A model generated the notes under the pieces. That model was not told where the DNA came from. It did not search any database and was given only the letters and a program-made list of their open reading frames with translations. The position numbers and the translations under genes were made by a program. A stretch of 33,818 nucleotides of DNA, taken from positions 46,794,349 to 46,828,166 of the forward strand of contig NC_057728.1 of assembly GCF_004010195.1 (NCBI RefSeq). The letters run 5' to 3'. Source of the stretch: Chiloscyllium plagiosum. Its lineage: Eukaryota. The stretch's first letter is position 1; every line of letters begins with the position of its first letter. Below, piece by piece: positions 1 through 10,617 of the stretch.

Positions 1-84
1 CCTGCTTCTCAGATGCTGCCTGACCTGCTGTGCTTTTCCAGCACCACCCTCTCGACTCCAGCATCTGCAGTCCTCACCTTCTCC
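1..84 (+). mobile_element. 3' end and tail of PLE family A (cut by window edge)
   Basis: cctgcttctcagatgctgcctgacctgctgtgcttttccagcacc...ccagcatctgcagtcctcaccttctcc matches the right arm plus tail of the copies at 10374-10617 and 25753-26051. Confidence 0.85.
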
Positions 85-545
85 AAGCTATATTTTAAAG
101 TCGTATCATAGCAAATGTATCCAGTCAGGATCCAAATTGGTAGGGCACTAAAATTTTGGAGGTATGTCCTTTTTGCACCAAACCTTCCAATGTTGGGCAA
201 GTAAAACTCAAGCAGCAGAGAGAACTGTCTCTTTTTATTTATTATGGTAACACTTTCACGTGTATGCCCTTTCATCTGTTGAAAGCTAATCAAGTGTGAG
301 TGCCCACACTGCTTTTCCGTAATATGTGACAGTTCTCATTCCCTAAATAACAGATTTTCATGTCTGGGGTTGAGCTGAATTCCTGGTTTCCTTCCAAAGT
401 GACTTTGCCAACTTTTATATAAGTCTATTATGATTACTCCATCAATTTTGCCTTCAGGAGCGTGAGCTTCCATATAAAATCAGTCACAACTTCTTTGAAT
501 ATGGAAACTATTGTCATTCATGGTACATTTTTGTGGTATCATACA

Positions 546-754
546 TAAAGCTAAAGTCACCATTATCTTAGCAGACCACTCTCTCATTATGGAGAGATGA
601 ATTGCTATGGCTTAAACTGATGGCCAGCACATTTCAGGTGAGGTTGAGAAGATAGGACCATCATGGTAACCTCAGCTGGTACAGGTATTGAACTTGTGCT
701 GTTAGCTTCACTGGGCTTTGCAGACCAGTCATCCAACCAACTGAGCTAACTCCC
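546..754 (-). mobile_element. diverged tRNA-derived SINE (not HE1)
   Basis: Minus strand begins GGGAGTTAGCTCAGTTGG (A box), has GTTCAATAC (B box-like) about 45 nt later, and ends in ATGGTGACTTTAGCTTT. Confidence 0.65.
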
Positions 755-1419
755 TAATGGCAGCTTAATGATTTGTTCATTTGTCACCCTCCATTTAACT
801 ATATGATACTGAATAAAGAACCCAGACAGGAACTTCTCTTTTAGGAGGCACCAGTATTCTGATGATTTTTTTTAAAATCTTATTCTCAGTCAAGTTACTT
901 ATCATCCTCTCCAATCATCTTTTAGTACTTGAACATTGTTTTAGTGAATTATATTTATTTTGCATTTGGCAAAAGGGAATAATTGAAAGGTTCATGCAAG
1001 AGAGAAGGGGCAGCTAAGTTTATAGTTCAGTGATTTTCTCCGGGCAAAAACGTCTTTATCTGTCCCTTACCTTAGCTGTATCTGGTCAAGGGACACTTAC
1101 AAACACACGGTAGGAATTGTCTCACTATATAGAAACAACCCCACTCCTAACTATTAGATCTCCTGTGATAAGCACCCTTTCATTATAATCCAATGAAATA
1201 TAGATTTCATGTTACATAATGCATGAGGTATGTTAGATTTATTTGTGCCCAGTGATCATTAATTTTGGACAAAATTGCTATTTTGGCATTGCAAGATGTA
1301 TAAAATATTTTGGCAATTAAATTATGCCCGAGGATTAATGAGATTTTTTTGGGAGACATTTGGGCTTGTCATGAAACATTGTGTTACTGAGTTAATTGTT
1401 ATTGTTACCATTATTCTGA

Positions 1420-1619
1420 GCTCTTATTTCTCGCCGGTTCTAATTTTTTGCTGGACTTTTTATTTTTTCATTTTTCTAATTATTTTTCCCTAAGAATTTG
1501 TACTTAGGAATCTGTACCTAGGTACCTTGGTGCCGAAGATGGTGCTATAAGTAGCAACTTGTAAATATTTTACTGTACTCATGTAAGCACGTGACAAAAA
1601 AGCTAATTCTAATTCTAAT
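1420..1619 (+). mobile_element. 3' end of an unclassified non-LTR family with a Rex1/Babar-like tail
   Basis: T-rich stretch, then GTACCTAGGTACCTTGGTGCCGAAG...TTTTACTGTAC...CACGTGACAAAAAAG(CTAATT)n; similar to the reverse complement of 27620-27740. Confidence 0.5.
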
Positions 1620-2147
1620 GCCTTTTTATATACATTTACAGATGCAAACATTGGCAGTGCATATATCAATGTGATCTTCATAAACCTGTTGGTAACACAC
1701 AATTTTAAAGATGATCATTACTATCCCATGCTGAACTTGTGTGCGAGCTTTTTTTGTGATTTATGCACAAGGACCCCAAATTGCTTTACACTGATATGTT
1801 TAGGAATAAAAGCCAACATTCATAAAAGGACCAAAGCTTTTAGCTCTCAAGTAGTTAATTTCTTATAAAAATTAGCAAACTTTGATAGGACAGACAGCAT
1901 CGTGGTGGCTTTTGCCTCGTGATAGATTGAAAGACTGAACTATGACCTTGATTGATTGTGTTGAGAGATCAACCCATTCAGTGAATTGATTCTGTCCTTC
2001 ACATTTTTAACCAATCTCTTTAAGTATTAAAGATGGTACAACTCAGATCTTGTATTACTTCAACATGAATCTCCATAAGTTGCTGATATCGAACCTGGTT
2101 TCACCTTTCTCTCTCAGAATTCGCACAACTAAATTATCATCCTCTCT

Positions 2148-2439
2148 GGGTGGCACGGTGGCTCAGTGGTTAGCACTGTTGCCTCAGGGTCCCAGGTTCG
2201 ATTCCAGACCTCGGGCAACTGTCTGTGTGGAGTTTGCACTTTCCCCCTTTTCTGCGTGGGTTTCCTCCCACAGTCCAAAGATGTGCAGGTCAGGTGAATT
2301 GGCCATGCTAAATTGCCCATAGTGTTAGGTGCATTAGTCAGAGGGAAATGGGTCTGGGTGGGTTACTCTTCGGAGGGTCAGTGTGGACTAGTTGGGCCGA
2401 AGGGCCTGTTTCCACACTGTAGGGAATCAAATCTAATCT
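2148..2439 (+). mobile_element. HE1 SINE (V-SINE superfamily) with small internal deletions
   Basis: A box TGGCTCAGTGG, B box GGTTCGATTCC, V-domain TCTGTGTGGAGTTTGCAC, CR1-like 3' end GGGCCGAAGGGCCTGTTTCCACACTGTAGGGA plus (AATCT)n tail. Confidence 0.93.
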
Positions 2440-3189
2440 CAACTTCACTATAATCCCCTAAACAGCAGAGTGCCAAAATCTGACATGAAAACAGTTTAAA
2501 AAAAAAGTCTGTCATGAATTTCTAAAACACAAGTATTTAAAAATGCTTTTCAGATGTCTGATGCTTCCATATTCATAACAGGAGTAATACAGTGAAATTG
2601 TGAGGTGACAAATGCAGATAACCCAAAATTATGTCCAAGTTGTCAATTATTCTTGCTGGCAGATAACAAAATCCAATAGAATTGCATGAGTGATTAGCCA
2701 CAATTCTGGACTGGTAACATTGGATTAACCAAACTCAGGTAATTGTGTCAACTAATCGGATCAGAGTTAGACCATGCTACTACAAAATCTTAAAGCTCTG
2801 AGCAAGCCTGTTAAAGTAAATTTACTGTTACAGTAAATTTTGGATGACACGAGCTTCAGATCCTGGACACTTTATTTCTGAAAACCGTGGGAGAGATCCA
2901 GAGTGCCACCAAAAGAGTCTGGCAGTCTCCTTGTGGAGGCACTCCCCGATGAATCTCTGAACATTACAAGTAAATAGCATTTCTTATATCTTATTCAAGC
3001 ATAATTGATACAAAGGATTATGATATCACAGAGTAGAATACAAATCTCATTAACAATATGTGTTTTTCACTCTCACAATAGCTGTAGATCACTGCCTTCC
3101 TGTGATAACATTAAAATGTTCACAGAAACTTGTACTCTTCTCAATCTCATGCTAATTAATAAACGGGTAAATAACATGTTTTAATATCA

Positions 3190-3357
3190 AGTTAAAAATC
3201 ACACAACACCAGCTTATAATCCTTCATCAGGTGAAGGATGAAGGAGTGGTGCTCTGAAAGCTAGTGTGTTTCCAATTAAACCTGTTGGACTATAACCTGG
3301 TGTTGTGTGATTTTTAACTTTGTACACCCCAGTCCAACATCGGCATCTCCAAATCAT
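3190..3357 (+). mobile_element. fold-back PLE family B mini-copy, left arm internally deleted
   Basis: AGTTAAAAATCACACAACACCAG (3190) is inverted relative to CTGGTGTTGTGTGATTTTTAACT (3297-3319); tail to AAATCAT; TSD CATGTTTTAATATCA 3175-3189 / CATGTTTTAGTATCA 3355-3369. Confidence 0.9.
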
Positions 3358-5348
3358 GTTTTAGTATCAGTAGTGTGGTTTGTCTTCATAATACTCTTGT
3401 TAACTGGCAAGGAAGTACATGAATGGAAACAGGAGGTAGTTAATGGGATGTCTGGTCAGGGCTGACAGTCCTATTTAAAAGGCGAGTATCTTCACTCGGA
3501 GCTTGGAGTGAAATACACACGTGTGTCTCCAGATGGCTTTGGTGGTTCAGGGGCAGCCAGACCCCTGCTGTGATCTCTGGTCTCTGCCTGCCACTGGACA
3601 GGCATACAGTTGAATACATAGAGGATCATTCCAATAGAGAAATGTTAACCCTTGAATTCCCACTGCCTCTAAGCACTAAGATAAGCCAGTGAAACAGAAC
3701 ATTTTACTTTTCGGGGTTCACAACCTTCATCACTACTACTTAACTTGAAAATTTCCCATGAAAGCACATCAATTATGGCTAGACTTGAAGAAAAAAACTA
3801 AAGGTATTGATCGGAGAGAAAGTGAAGTTGACAGAAGTGATAAATCATGGTGTAAATTGAAAAGGTTAGGTATTGCGAAGCAGAGGGAGAATCAACCACT
3901 GAGTTGTTATGGTTCTGAAACACCTTGGAGCAGTTCAACAAGCAAACCTAACTGCAGCAAGTACCTAACTCCCAATAGTTTTCAATGTCTTTTACTGTGC
4001 AAGATCAGACCATTGTAAGATATGAACAAACTGATAAATAAGGATATTCTTCATATATTTACTGCTTTAATATACTTGCTCTCTGGAATTTTTTGACATT
4101 GAGTGAATTGTGGGCGTATTTGGTAACAGAGGATCCTTTTCAAGTATCTCTTCAAAGCTTTATTTAGTACAGAATTCTGGCTGGATCCCTTGAAATTTGA
4201 CTGATTTATATTTCACTGTGGATCTCTGCAAATACAGAAAATCTATAACCAAAGTGTATAAACTATTGGAAATAGTTAGCTTCTGAAAAGGGATAAGACT
4301 GATTGAAGTTTCCAGTGTCCAGTGTAGAAAATAAGCAACCTGTTTAATAAAAATTAAAAAAAAGAAAGGGGAGGAATAGTGAGGAAAATTCAAAAATCAG
4401 GAAAGCTAACTTCAGCCTCATAAAATTAATGGATTAAAATAGGTCAGAATATTGGTCTCTATATAACAAATAGTGCTCTGCACAGGAATTAAACAGAATG
4501 GAAGAAAAGAATCATTAGCAGTATGACACATCTCTCCTAGTTCTCTATCACTTCAGCTAGATAATACAACACATAACCTTTGCGTTATCTCAAGTACCTC
4601 CTTCAGAATGAAAAGGGGTTTGGAATCCTTTCTCACAGAGGCTTTCAAAGACCAACATTGTTGACATTTTCTTTTTCTGAATTTGTTTGTTCAGTGTCAA
4701 CAATTGTCAGTTAAATATTATACCAGAAAATGTTAGACGTTTATCTTTCCGCATCTCTTCTTACAGCCCACTTACTGTTTGGGTAAGGATAACCTGGTGA
4801 TTGATGATCTGAGGGAAATTCTTGGATATTGGTTTGAATCAAATTGGTGTTAATCCTTTAAAAAGGTTGGGGCCAATTTTCTTTATTAAGACATGAAACG
4901 CCCCTCACCTCATACTTACTAATCTTCCAGAGTTCAAGGATATTTAGATATTTAGGCAGGTTTTTGGATTGGATGTCCAGCTATTTAGAGGTCCCATCCT
5001 TGGGAACAGGGGCAGACTGCTGTATTGATTTTTCTGCATCATTCCTAGTTTACAAATTCCTGTGGGAAAGAATAGGTAGGCAGCTGGGAGAGGGAACATG
5101 ATGAGGTTCATTTGAGTATTGTACCATCAATTGGTCACTCCCTGACTGCCCTGACTACCTTTGATCAGCCAAATTAAAATCTCTACATGCTCCCTCTCCC
5201 AGCAACCTACCCATTCTCTCCAACTGGAATTCTGTAAACCAAGAATACAAGATATTTCCAATGCAAATCATAGGGAATTCAAAACATGCATATTCCCGTT
5301 ATTTGTAACTGATTACAATTTATTTTCCCATTTTGGAATAGACGCATA

Positions 5349-5522
5349 CAGAGGAACCTCAATTATGCAGCATTCGAATCTCTGAATATCGGATTATCTG
5401 GCAAGATCGCAAGTTCCCGATGCTCGGCTAAATAATGTTATCCGGCATTCGAATTTCCGGAATTCAATCAACCGAATAAAATACTCCCTGCCCATGTTCT
5501 TCGGATAATTGAGGTTCCTCTG
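5349..5522. mobile_element. 174-bp MITE, Tc1/mariner-pogo (Tigger-like)
   Basis: Perfect 18-bp TIRs CAGAGGAACCTCAATTAT (5349-5366) and ATAATTGAGGTTCCTCTG (5505-5522), flanked by TA at 5347-5348 and 5523-5524. Confidence 0.92.
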
Positions 5523-5949
5523 TATTTTGCCTAATTGCAGTGGAACCCTGAAAAAGTCTTATTTGGCAAGGAGAGAGGAAGCAAATAAAATGATACACAC
5601 CTGATAATTTTTTTGCTACCAACCTCAGACTACACATTATCAGGTACATTTGAACAGGGACATCCGGTTCTCTGTCTGATTGCTAATTACAAGCTCAAAG
5701 CCCCATAAATGACTTGTAATAGCCTGAATACTTCCAACTGTTGGTACCATTACTTGAGTGAAGGTTCCTCAGCTGAATTGGTAGCAATGATACCTATATT
5801 AATAAATAACAGCCAGATGATTCTTGATATTGTACAGGAATAACAACACAGCATAAATTTCAGAAACCACGATTGCAAAACTGTTAGAAGTGATGGAATG
5901 CAACAAGGGATTGAGTTGTGCTGACTTACGTCTTATTGAACGTCAATCT

Positions 5950-6293
5950 TACAAGTTAGACAGGTTAGACAGGAAGAAACGTTTCTACTTGATGAAGAGA
6001 TCAATGAAAAGGGGGCGTAGATTTAAGGTAAAAGGCAGAAGGTTTAGAGGAGATGGGAGAAAAATCTTTTCGGATCCAGAGAATGATGGTAATCTGGAAC
6101 TCACTATAAGGATGGTTGAGGCAGAACTCCTCATAACATTTAAGAAGTATTAGATGTCCAGTTGCAACGCCAAGGTACACAAAGCTTTGGGCCAAGTGCC
6201 TGAAAATGAGATTAGAATAATTAGATGGTTGCTTTTGAAATGAGGGAACATGATGGGCTGAAGGCCTTACTTCTGTGATTTCTCCCAATCTAT
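5950..6293 (+). mobile_element. old CR1 LINE 3' fragment
   Basis: Translation RGRRFKVKGRRFRGDGRKIF resembles the CR1 ORF2 C-terminus; 3' UTR ATGATGGGCTGAAGGCCT. Confidence 0.8.
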
Positions 6294-6420
6294 AGAAATT
6301 TACATTGATAATCTATTATCAATAGTCTGTGATATTGTGTTCTGGCCTCGTGATACTACCGTCTTGCCATTACCCACTTGATTCTGTTCCAATATTTAGT
6401 GCAGAAATACAAATCAACTG

Positions 6421-6852
6421 TGTTGTAAGGTGAGATCTACACTCTAAGAGTCAACAGCGACAGCCTTTATTGAACATAACTATTACAGAGGATGGGAATA
6501 CAAGGTGCCTGACTTGAAATCCCATAGATTTCAGCTTCAGTTCCATGTGTTAAGGTATAATTCCTTTTTGGCTGCAGTTTATCCACAAACCAAACTGCTA
6601 CATTAGAATGTCTCTGCACTTTGTTCTATGCACCAAACCTGCTGCATGTCCTTACCAGTGAGCTTACACCAATGTTCAAATTCTGCTGACACATTTGGCA
6701 GTGACTTTGCTAGATAGTGCATGAATCCGACACATCTTTCCATTGTTTTTGTATGCAGCTCTGTCACAGCTCTCACCTTGTCAGGATTCATTTGGAGTCC
6801 TTTTTGCTCAATACGCGATTTACATACTTGACTTCAGGCATCATCACTTGCA
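6421..6852 (-). mobile_element. Ty3/Gypsy LTR retrotransposon remnant (end of RT plus connection domain, joined to a probable 3' LTR end)
   Basis: Minus-strand peptides EVKYVNRVLS and NPDKVRAVTEL...RCVGFMHYLAKSLPNVS..E...KLTGKD...W fit the Gypsy DP.KV.A....RFLG..NYL.KF.PN.S pattern; the minus strand has AATAAA (6466-6471) and ends in TTACAACA at 6421. Confidence 0.75.
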
Positions 6853-7352
6853 NNNNNNNNNNNNNNNNNNNNNNNNNNNNNNNNNNNNNNNNNNNNNNNN
6901 NNNNNNNNNNNNNNNNNNNNNNNNNNNNNNNNNNNNNNNNNNNNNNNNNNNNNNNNNNNNNNNNNNNNNNNNNNNNNNNNNNNNNNNNNNNNNNNNNNNN
7001 NNNNNNNNNNNNNNNNNNNNNNNNNNNNNNNNNNNNNNNNNNNNNNNNNNNNNNNNNNNNNNNNNNNNNNNNNNNNNNNNNNNNNNNNNNNNNNNNNNNN
7101 NNNNNNNNNNNNNNNNNNNNNNNNNNNNNNNNNNNNNNNNNNNNNNNNNNNNNNNNNNNNNNNNNNNNNNNNNNNNNNNNNNNNNNNNNNNNNNNNNNNN
7201 NNNNNNNNNNNNNNNNNNNNNNNNNNNNNNNNNNNNNNNNNNNNNNNNNNNNNNNNNNNNNNNNNNNNNNNNNNNNNNNNNNNNNNNNNNNNNNNNNNNN
7301 NNNNNNNNNNNNNNNNNNNNNNNNNNNNNNNNNNNNNNNNNNNNNNNNNNNN
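6853..7352. other. assembly gap (500 N)
   Basis: Exactly 500 N, typical of a fixed-size scaffolding gap. Confidence 0.99.
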
Positions 7353-8129
7353 GACTGCTGGTTGAGCCCTCTAAGCGAGAATATAATGTTAGCTCTGCCC
7401 TGTCCTACCATGTGCCGTTCACAGAGGAACTCGCCATTCAGCGGGGTCTGCCATAAGACCAGCATCCCTTGCCATTGCACTACCTTTCAAAGCCCACCAT
7501 GGCACCTGCGAGCTGTGCTTCATTGTATTAGGCATCAGGAGAGTGGCAAAGCAGGGGAAAAATGGTATCATGCTTCTCCATGAATCTGCAGAGCAGTGAT
7601 CTGAAGTTAGAACAGGGTTCATTGGACACACCTGAAAAGGGAAGCCAAGCTACAAGTCAGCCATATTATAGTCAAATGAAACATTTTGACAGTAAACAGG
7701 GACAACTCAAGTACCCACTCGAGATGATAAAGTGCTTTTGTCCATAGGGTTGGCAGCTTCAGTAGACACTTAGCTATACCTCGGGCATTCAATAACACAG
7801 AGGGACCACAATCAGTTTAGAAGTGGGAGTTCAGGAGCTTGTAGCTTCAGTGCTACAAGTAGAGATGTGAAGGAGCAGTAACATTTTTTTTAAATGCTGG
7901 AAGTCCAATAGCTCTTGTTCTAGTAAGACAGCATGTGGACTAAAGTATGGTGAAGTATGATGCATTGCTTAAAGAATTCAATGGTCACAAAATAATCTAG
8001 TGAAGGAATCTACTGTGGATTGAAGACTTCCAGAGCATGTTGACCTGTTGTTGCTAGTAGTTGGAGCAAGTGAATACTGTGATAAGGTAGGAGAAGCAGT
8101 CATGCAGAACTTTCCTTAAATGGTAAGGG

Positions 8130-8485
8130 GGTGGGAAGTGTTCATAAGTCACTAAAAGCTAACATGCAAATGCAGCAAACAATCAGGAAGCCAAATGGTA
8201 TTGAAACCTTTATTACAAATTTGAATACAGGAGGAAAGATGTCTTGCTTCAATTGTACAGCAACAGGTTGAGACTGCATTTAAATACTGTGTGTAGCTTT
8301 GGTCTACTTACCTGAGGAAGGATATACTTTGAGTGGAGGAAGTGTAATGGAGGTTTTTCAGACTAATTTCAAAGATGGAAGAATTGTCCTTTCAGATTTA
8401 AGAGGCTCCAGCATTGAGAAGAGTGGGAGGTGATCTCACTGAAACTTACCAAATTTGTAAAGGGCTAAACAGAGAAGATGCAGAA
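8130..8485 (+). mobile_element. old CR1 ORF2 fragment, 5' part (interrupted by a PLE)
   Basis: GAATACAGGAGGAAAGATGTCTTGCT...AATACTGTGTGTAGCTTTGGTCTACTTACCTGAGGAAGGAT matches CR1 EY..K.V...EYC.QFWSP..RKD; continues at 9371. Confidence 0.8.
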
Positions 8486-8582
8486 CAGATATTCCTTATG
8501 ATTTGGAGATGCCAGTGTTGGACTGGGGTGTTAAAAATCACACAACACCAGGTTATAGTCCAACAGGCTTAATTGGAAGCGC

Positions 8583-8616
8583 TCTAGTTTTCGGAGCGTC
8601 GCTCCTTCATCAGGTG
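8583..8616 (-). ncRNA. minimal type-I hammerhead ribozyme motif (PLE family B, partly mutated)
   Basis: Minus strand CAC-CUGAUGA-A-GGAGC-GAC-GCUCC-GAAA-AC-UA-GAG: intact core and 5-bp stem II. Confidence 0.75.
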
Positions 8617-9069
8617 GTAGTGGAGAGCTCAATCCTAACACACAGAATTTATAGCAAAAATTTACAGTGTGATGTAACTGAAATTATACATTGAAAAACT
8701 GATTGTCTGTTAAGTTTTTCATCTGTTTGAATACCATGATAGTTTCACTTTTTTCATGTGTAAATTTCAAAATCATTTTTTTTAAAGTCGCATTCTCAGG
8801 TTAGCTGTTAACAATGGGTGATAGCTAGACAATATGTTGAAGGTGTTAGCCCCCTGTGTTCTCTGTCAATGCCATGATGTTTAGATTGACTCTAATCTAA
8901 AAAGTGAGATAACAGAGTTTTACATAAATTCATGCAGTTTTTGAGCTCAGAGTTCTACATGAATGCATGCAGTTTTTGAGCAAAGTACAATGTAACCCTG
9001 GCCTGTGCATGTGTGTGAGAGAGTGTTTGTGTGTAAGAGTGTCTTTGTGTGTGTATAGTGCAATGGTGG

Positions 9070-9355
9070 TCACCTGTAATGTGACATGAACCCAAGGTCC
9101 AGGTTGAGGCCCTCCCTATGGGTATCGAACTTAGCTATCAGCCTCTGCTTGGCCACTTTTCGCTGCTGCCTGTCCCGAAGTCCACCTTGGAGGATGGTCA
9201 CCCGAAGGTCCGAGGTCAACTGTCCTGGACCACTGAAATGTTCCCCAACTGGGAGGGAACACTCCTGTCTGTTGATTGTTGTGCGGTGCCCATTCATCCA
9301 TTGTGGTAGCCTTTGCTCGGTTTCCCCAATGTACCATGCCTCAGGGCATCCTTGC
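9070..9355 (-). pseudogene. GIY-YIG endonuclease domain fragment of PLE family B
   Basis: YIGET motif, R..GH, V.EHF, terminal GLN; stop at 9070-9072. The N-terminal part of the listed ORF (9356-9396) is unrelated CR1 flank. Confidence 0.9.
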
Positions 9356-9370
9356 CAGATGTTCCTTATG

Positions 9371-9560
9371 GTAGGGAGTCTCAAACCAACGAACACAGTC
9401 TCAGACTAAGGAACAAGATATTTAGGATAAAGATGAGAAATTTTGTCACTCAGAAGGTAGTGAAGAATTTTCAACCCCAGAGGGTTGTGGAAGCACAGTT
9501 ATGAATATGATCTAGAATATCAAGCAAGTTCAAGGGGCTGAATGGCCTACTCCTATGTTT
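9371..9560 (+). mobile_element. old CR1 3' part (continuation of 8130-8485)
   Basis: GGGAGTCTCAAACC...CACAGTCTCAGACTAAGG...TTTAGGATAAAGATGAGAAATTTT and tail GGGCTGAATGGCCTACTCCTATG. Confidence 0.8.
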
Positions 9561-9674
9561 TTAGGAGGATGGGAAGGTGAGTGACGGAAAACCAAATACT
9601 ACATTCTTGAATGACACAACTTGAGGCTTTACTCATTCTTCTTTATCTTGCTTCCTCACAACTCCTCACATCTA

Positions 9675-9886
9675 TGGAATTCATTGCCACAGAAGGCTGT
9701 GGAGGCCAGGTCATTGAGTATATTTCAGACTGCAATAGATAGGTTCTTGAGTATCAAGGAGATTAATGATTACAGGGATAAAAAGGGAGAATGGGATTGA
9801 GAAACTTATCAGCCATTATTGAATGGCAGAGCAGACTCAATGGCTCTATGGCCTGATTTCTGTTCCTATGTCTTATGGTCTTATGG
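9675..9886 (+). mobile_element. CR1 3' end
   Basis: TGGAATTCATTGCCACAGAAGGCTGTGGAGGC (WNSLPQKAVEA), 3' UTR GAATGGCAGAGCAGACTCAATGG, (TCTTATGG)2 tail. Confidence 0.88.
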
Positions 9887-10373
9887 CCAAACTCCATCTC
9901 AACAAGCAATGCTCATATTTAACTTTAAGTTTGTGCCATTATATACCCATAGGCATTTTACACAAATGCTATCCTCCCTTCTTCCCCACAAAATCCATTT
10001 CTAATACTTGTTATCTCTGCTTCCTCCACTTGCAGAAGAAGAGAGTGCACAAGCTTAGGTTCAGGTACAGTCCCTGGTGTCAGAGAGGATGGGGATGTGG
10101 GGAAGGAGTGTGGGAGTTATGAGGTAGACCTCCAATGATAGCCATCTTGACCAACATTGTAATGGGAGCCCACCTGGCCCAAGGAAAGAAGGTTTTGCTC
10201 TAGGAGGCTGCAGATGCCATGAAAGACCTACAATAAAAGCCTGAGCTTCAAGGCATTGCTGCTCACATATGCTAAGAGAGTTATTCCTTCATCTTTAGAC
10301 ACTATGTTGGGGTCTCACATTTTGTGGCTCTGCATTCATCACCTCTGCCTAGGAGAGGGGCATGCAGCGGACA

Positions 10374-10617
10374 AGATCAGAGACTAAAAGTGTGGTGCTG
10401 GAAAAGCACAACAGGTCAGGCAGTATCCGAGAAGCAGGAGAATCGACGTTTCAGGCAAAAGCCCTTCATCAGGAAGGGCTGATCAGGGAATTTGTGATGA
10501 AGGGCTTTTGCCCAAGATTTCAATTCTCCTGCTCCTCGGATGTTACCTGACCTGCTGTGCTTTTCCAGCACCACACTCTCGATTCTGATCTCCAGCACCT
10601 ATAGTCCTCACTCTCTC
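10374..10617 (+). mobile_element. fold-back PLE family A mini-copy (older variant)
   Basis: Left arm about 10374-10473 is the reverse complement of about 10495-10591 across a 20-nt spacer; hammerhead core CUGAUGA-AGGGCUUUUGCCU-GAAACGUC on the minus strand at 10445-10472; tail on the right. Confidence 0.9.

Larger units (their letters stand above)
8501..9355 (-). mobile_element. 5'-truncated PLE family B (GIY-YIG C-terminus plus 3' UTR/pLTR, probably Neptune-like)
   Basis: ORF CPEAWYIGETEQRL..WMNGHR...PVGEHF...LIAKFDTHREGLN; 3' end shared with the copies at 3190, 21780 and 32208; TSD CAGATATTCCTTATG 8486-8500 / CAGATGTTCCTTATG 9356-9370. Confidence 0.93.

Noticed and set aside
2148..2210. tRNA-like A and B boxes (also 15928, 23423, 26847)
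   Set aside because: These are SINE heads running into V-domain and CR1-like tails, not tRNA genes
2126..2459. Possible 20-bp TSD around HE1 (2126-2145 vs 2440-2459)
   Set aside because: Only 15 of 20 identical in AT-rich sequence, too degenerate to assert
3472..3611. TATA-like TATTTAAAA followed by an ATG
   Set aside because: The ORF is only 26 codons, with no CpG island and no convincing donor site
6717..7583. Long ORFs of 230-288 aa
   Set aside because: They are long only because they read through the 500-N gap
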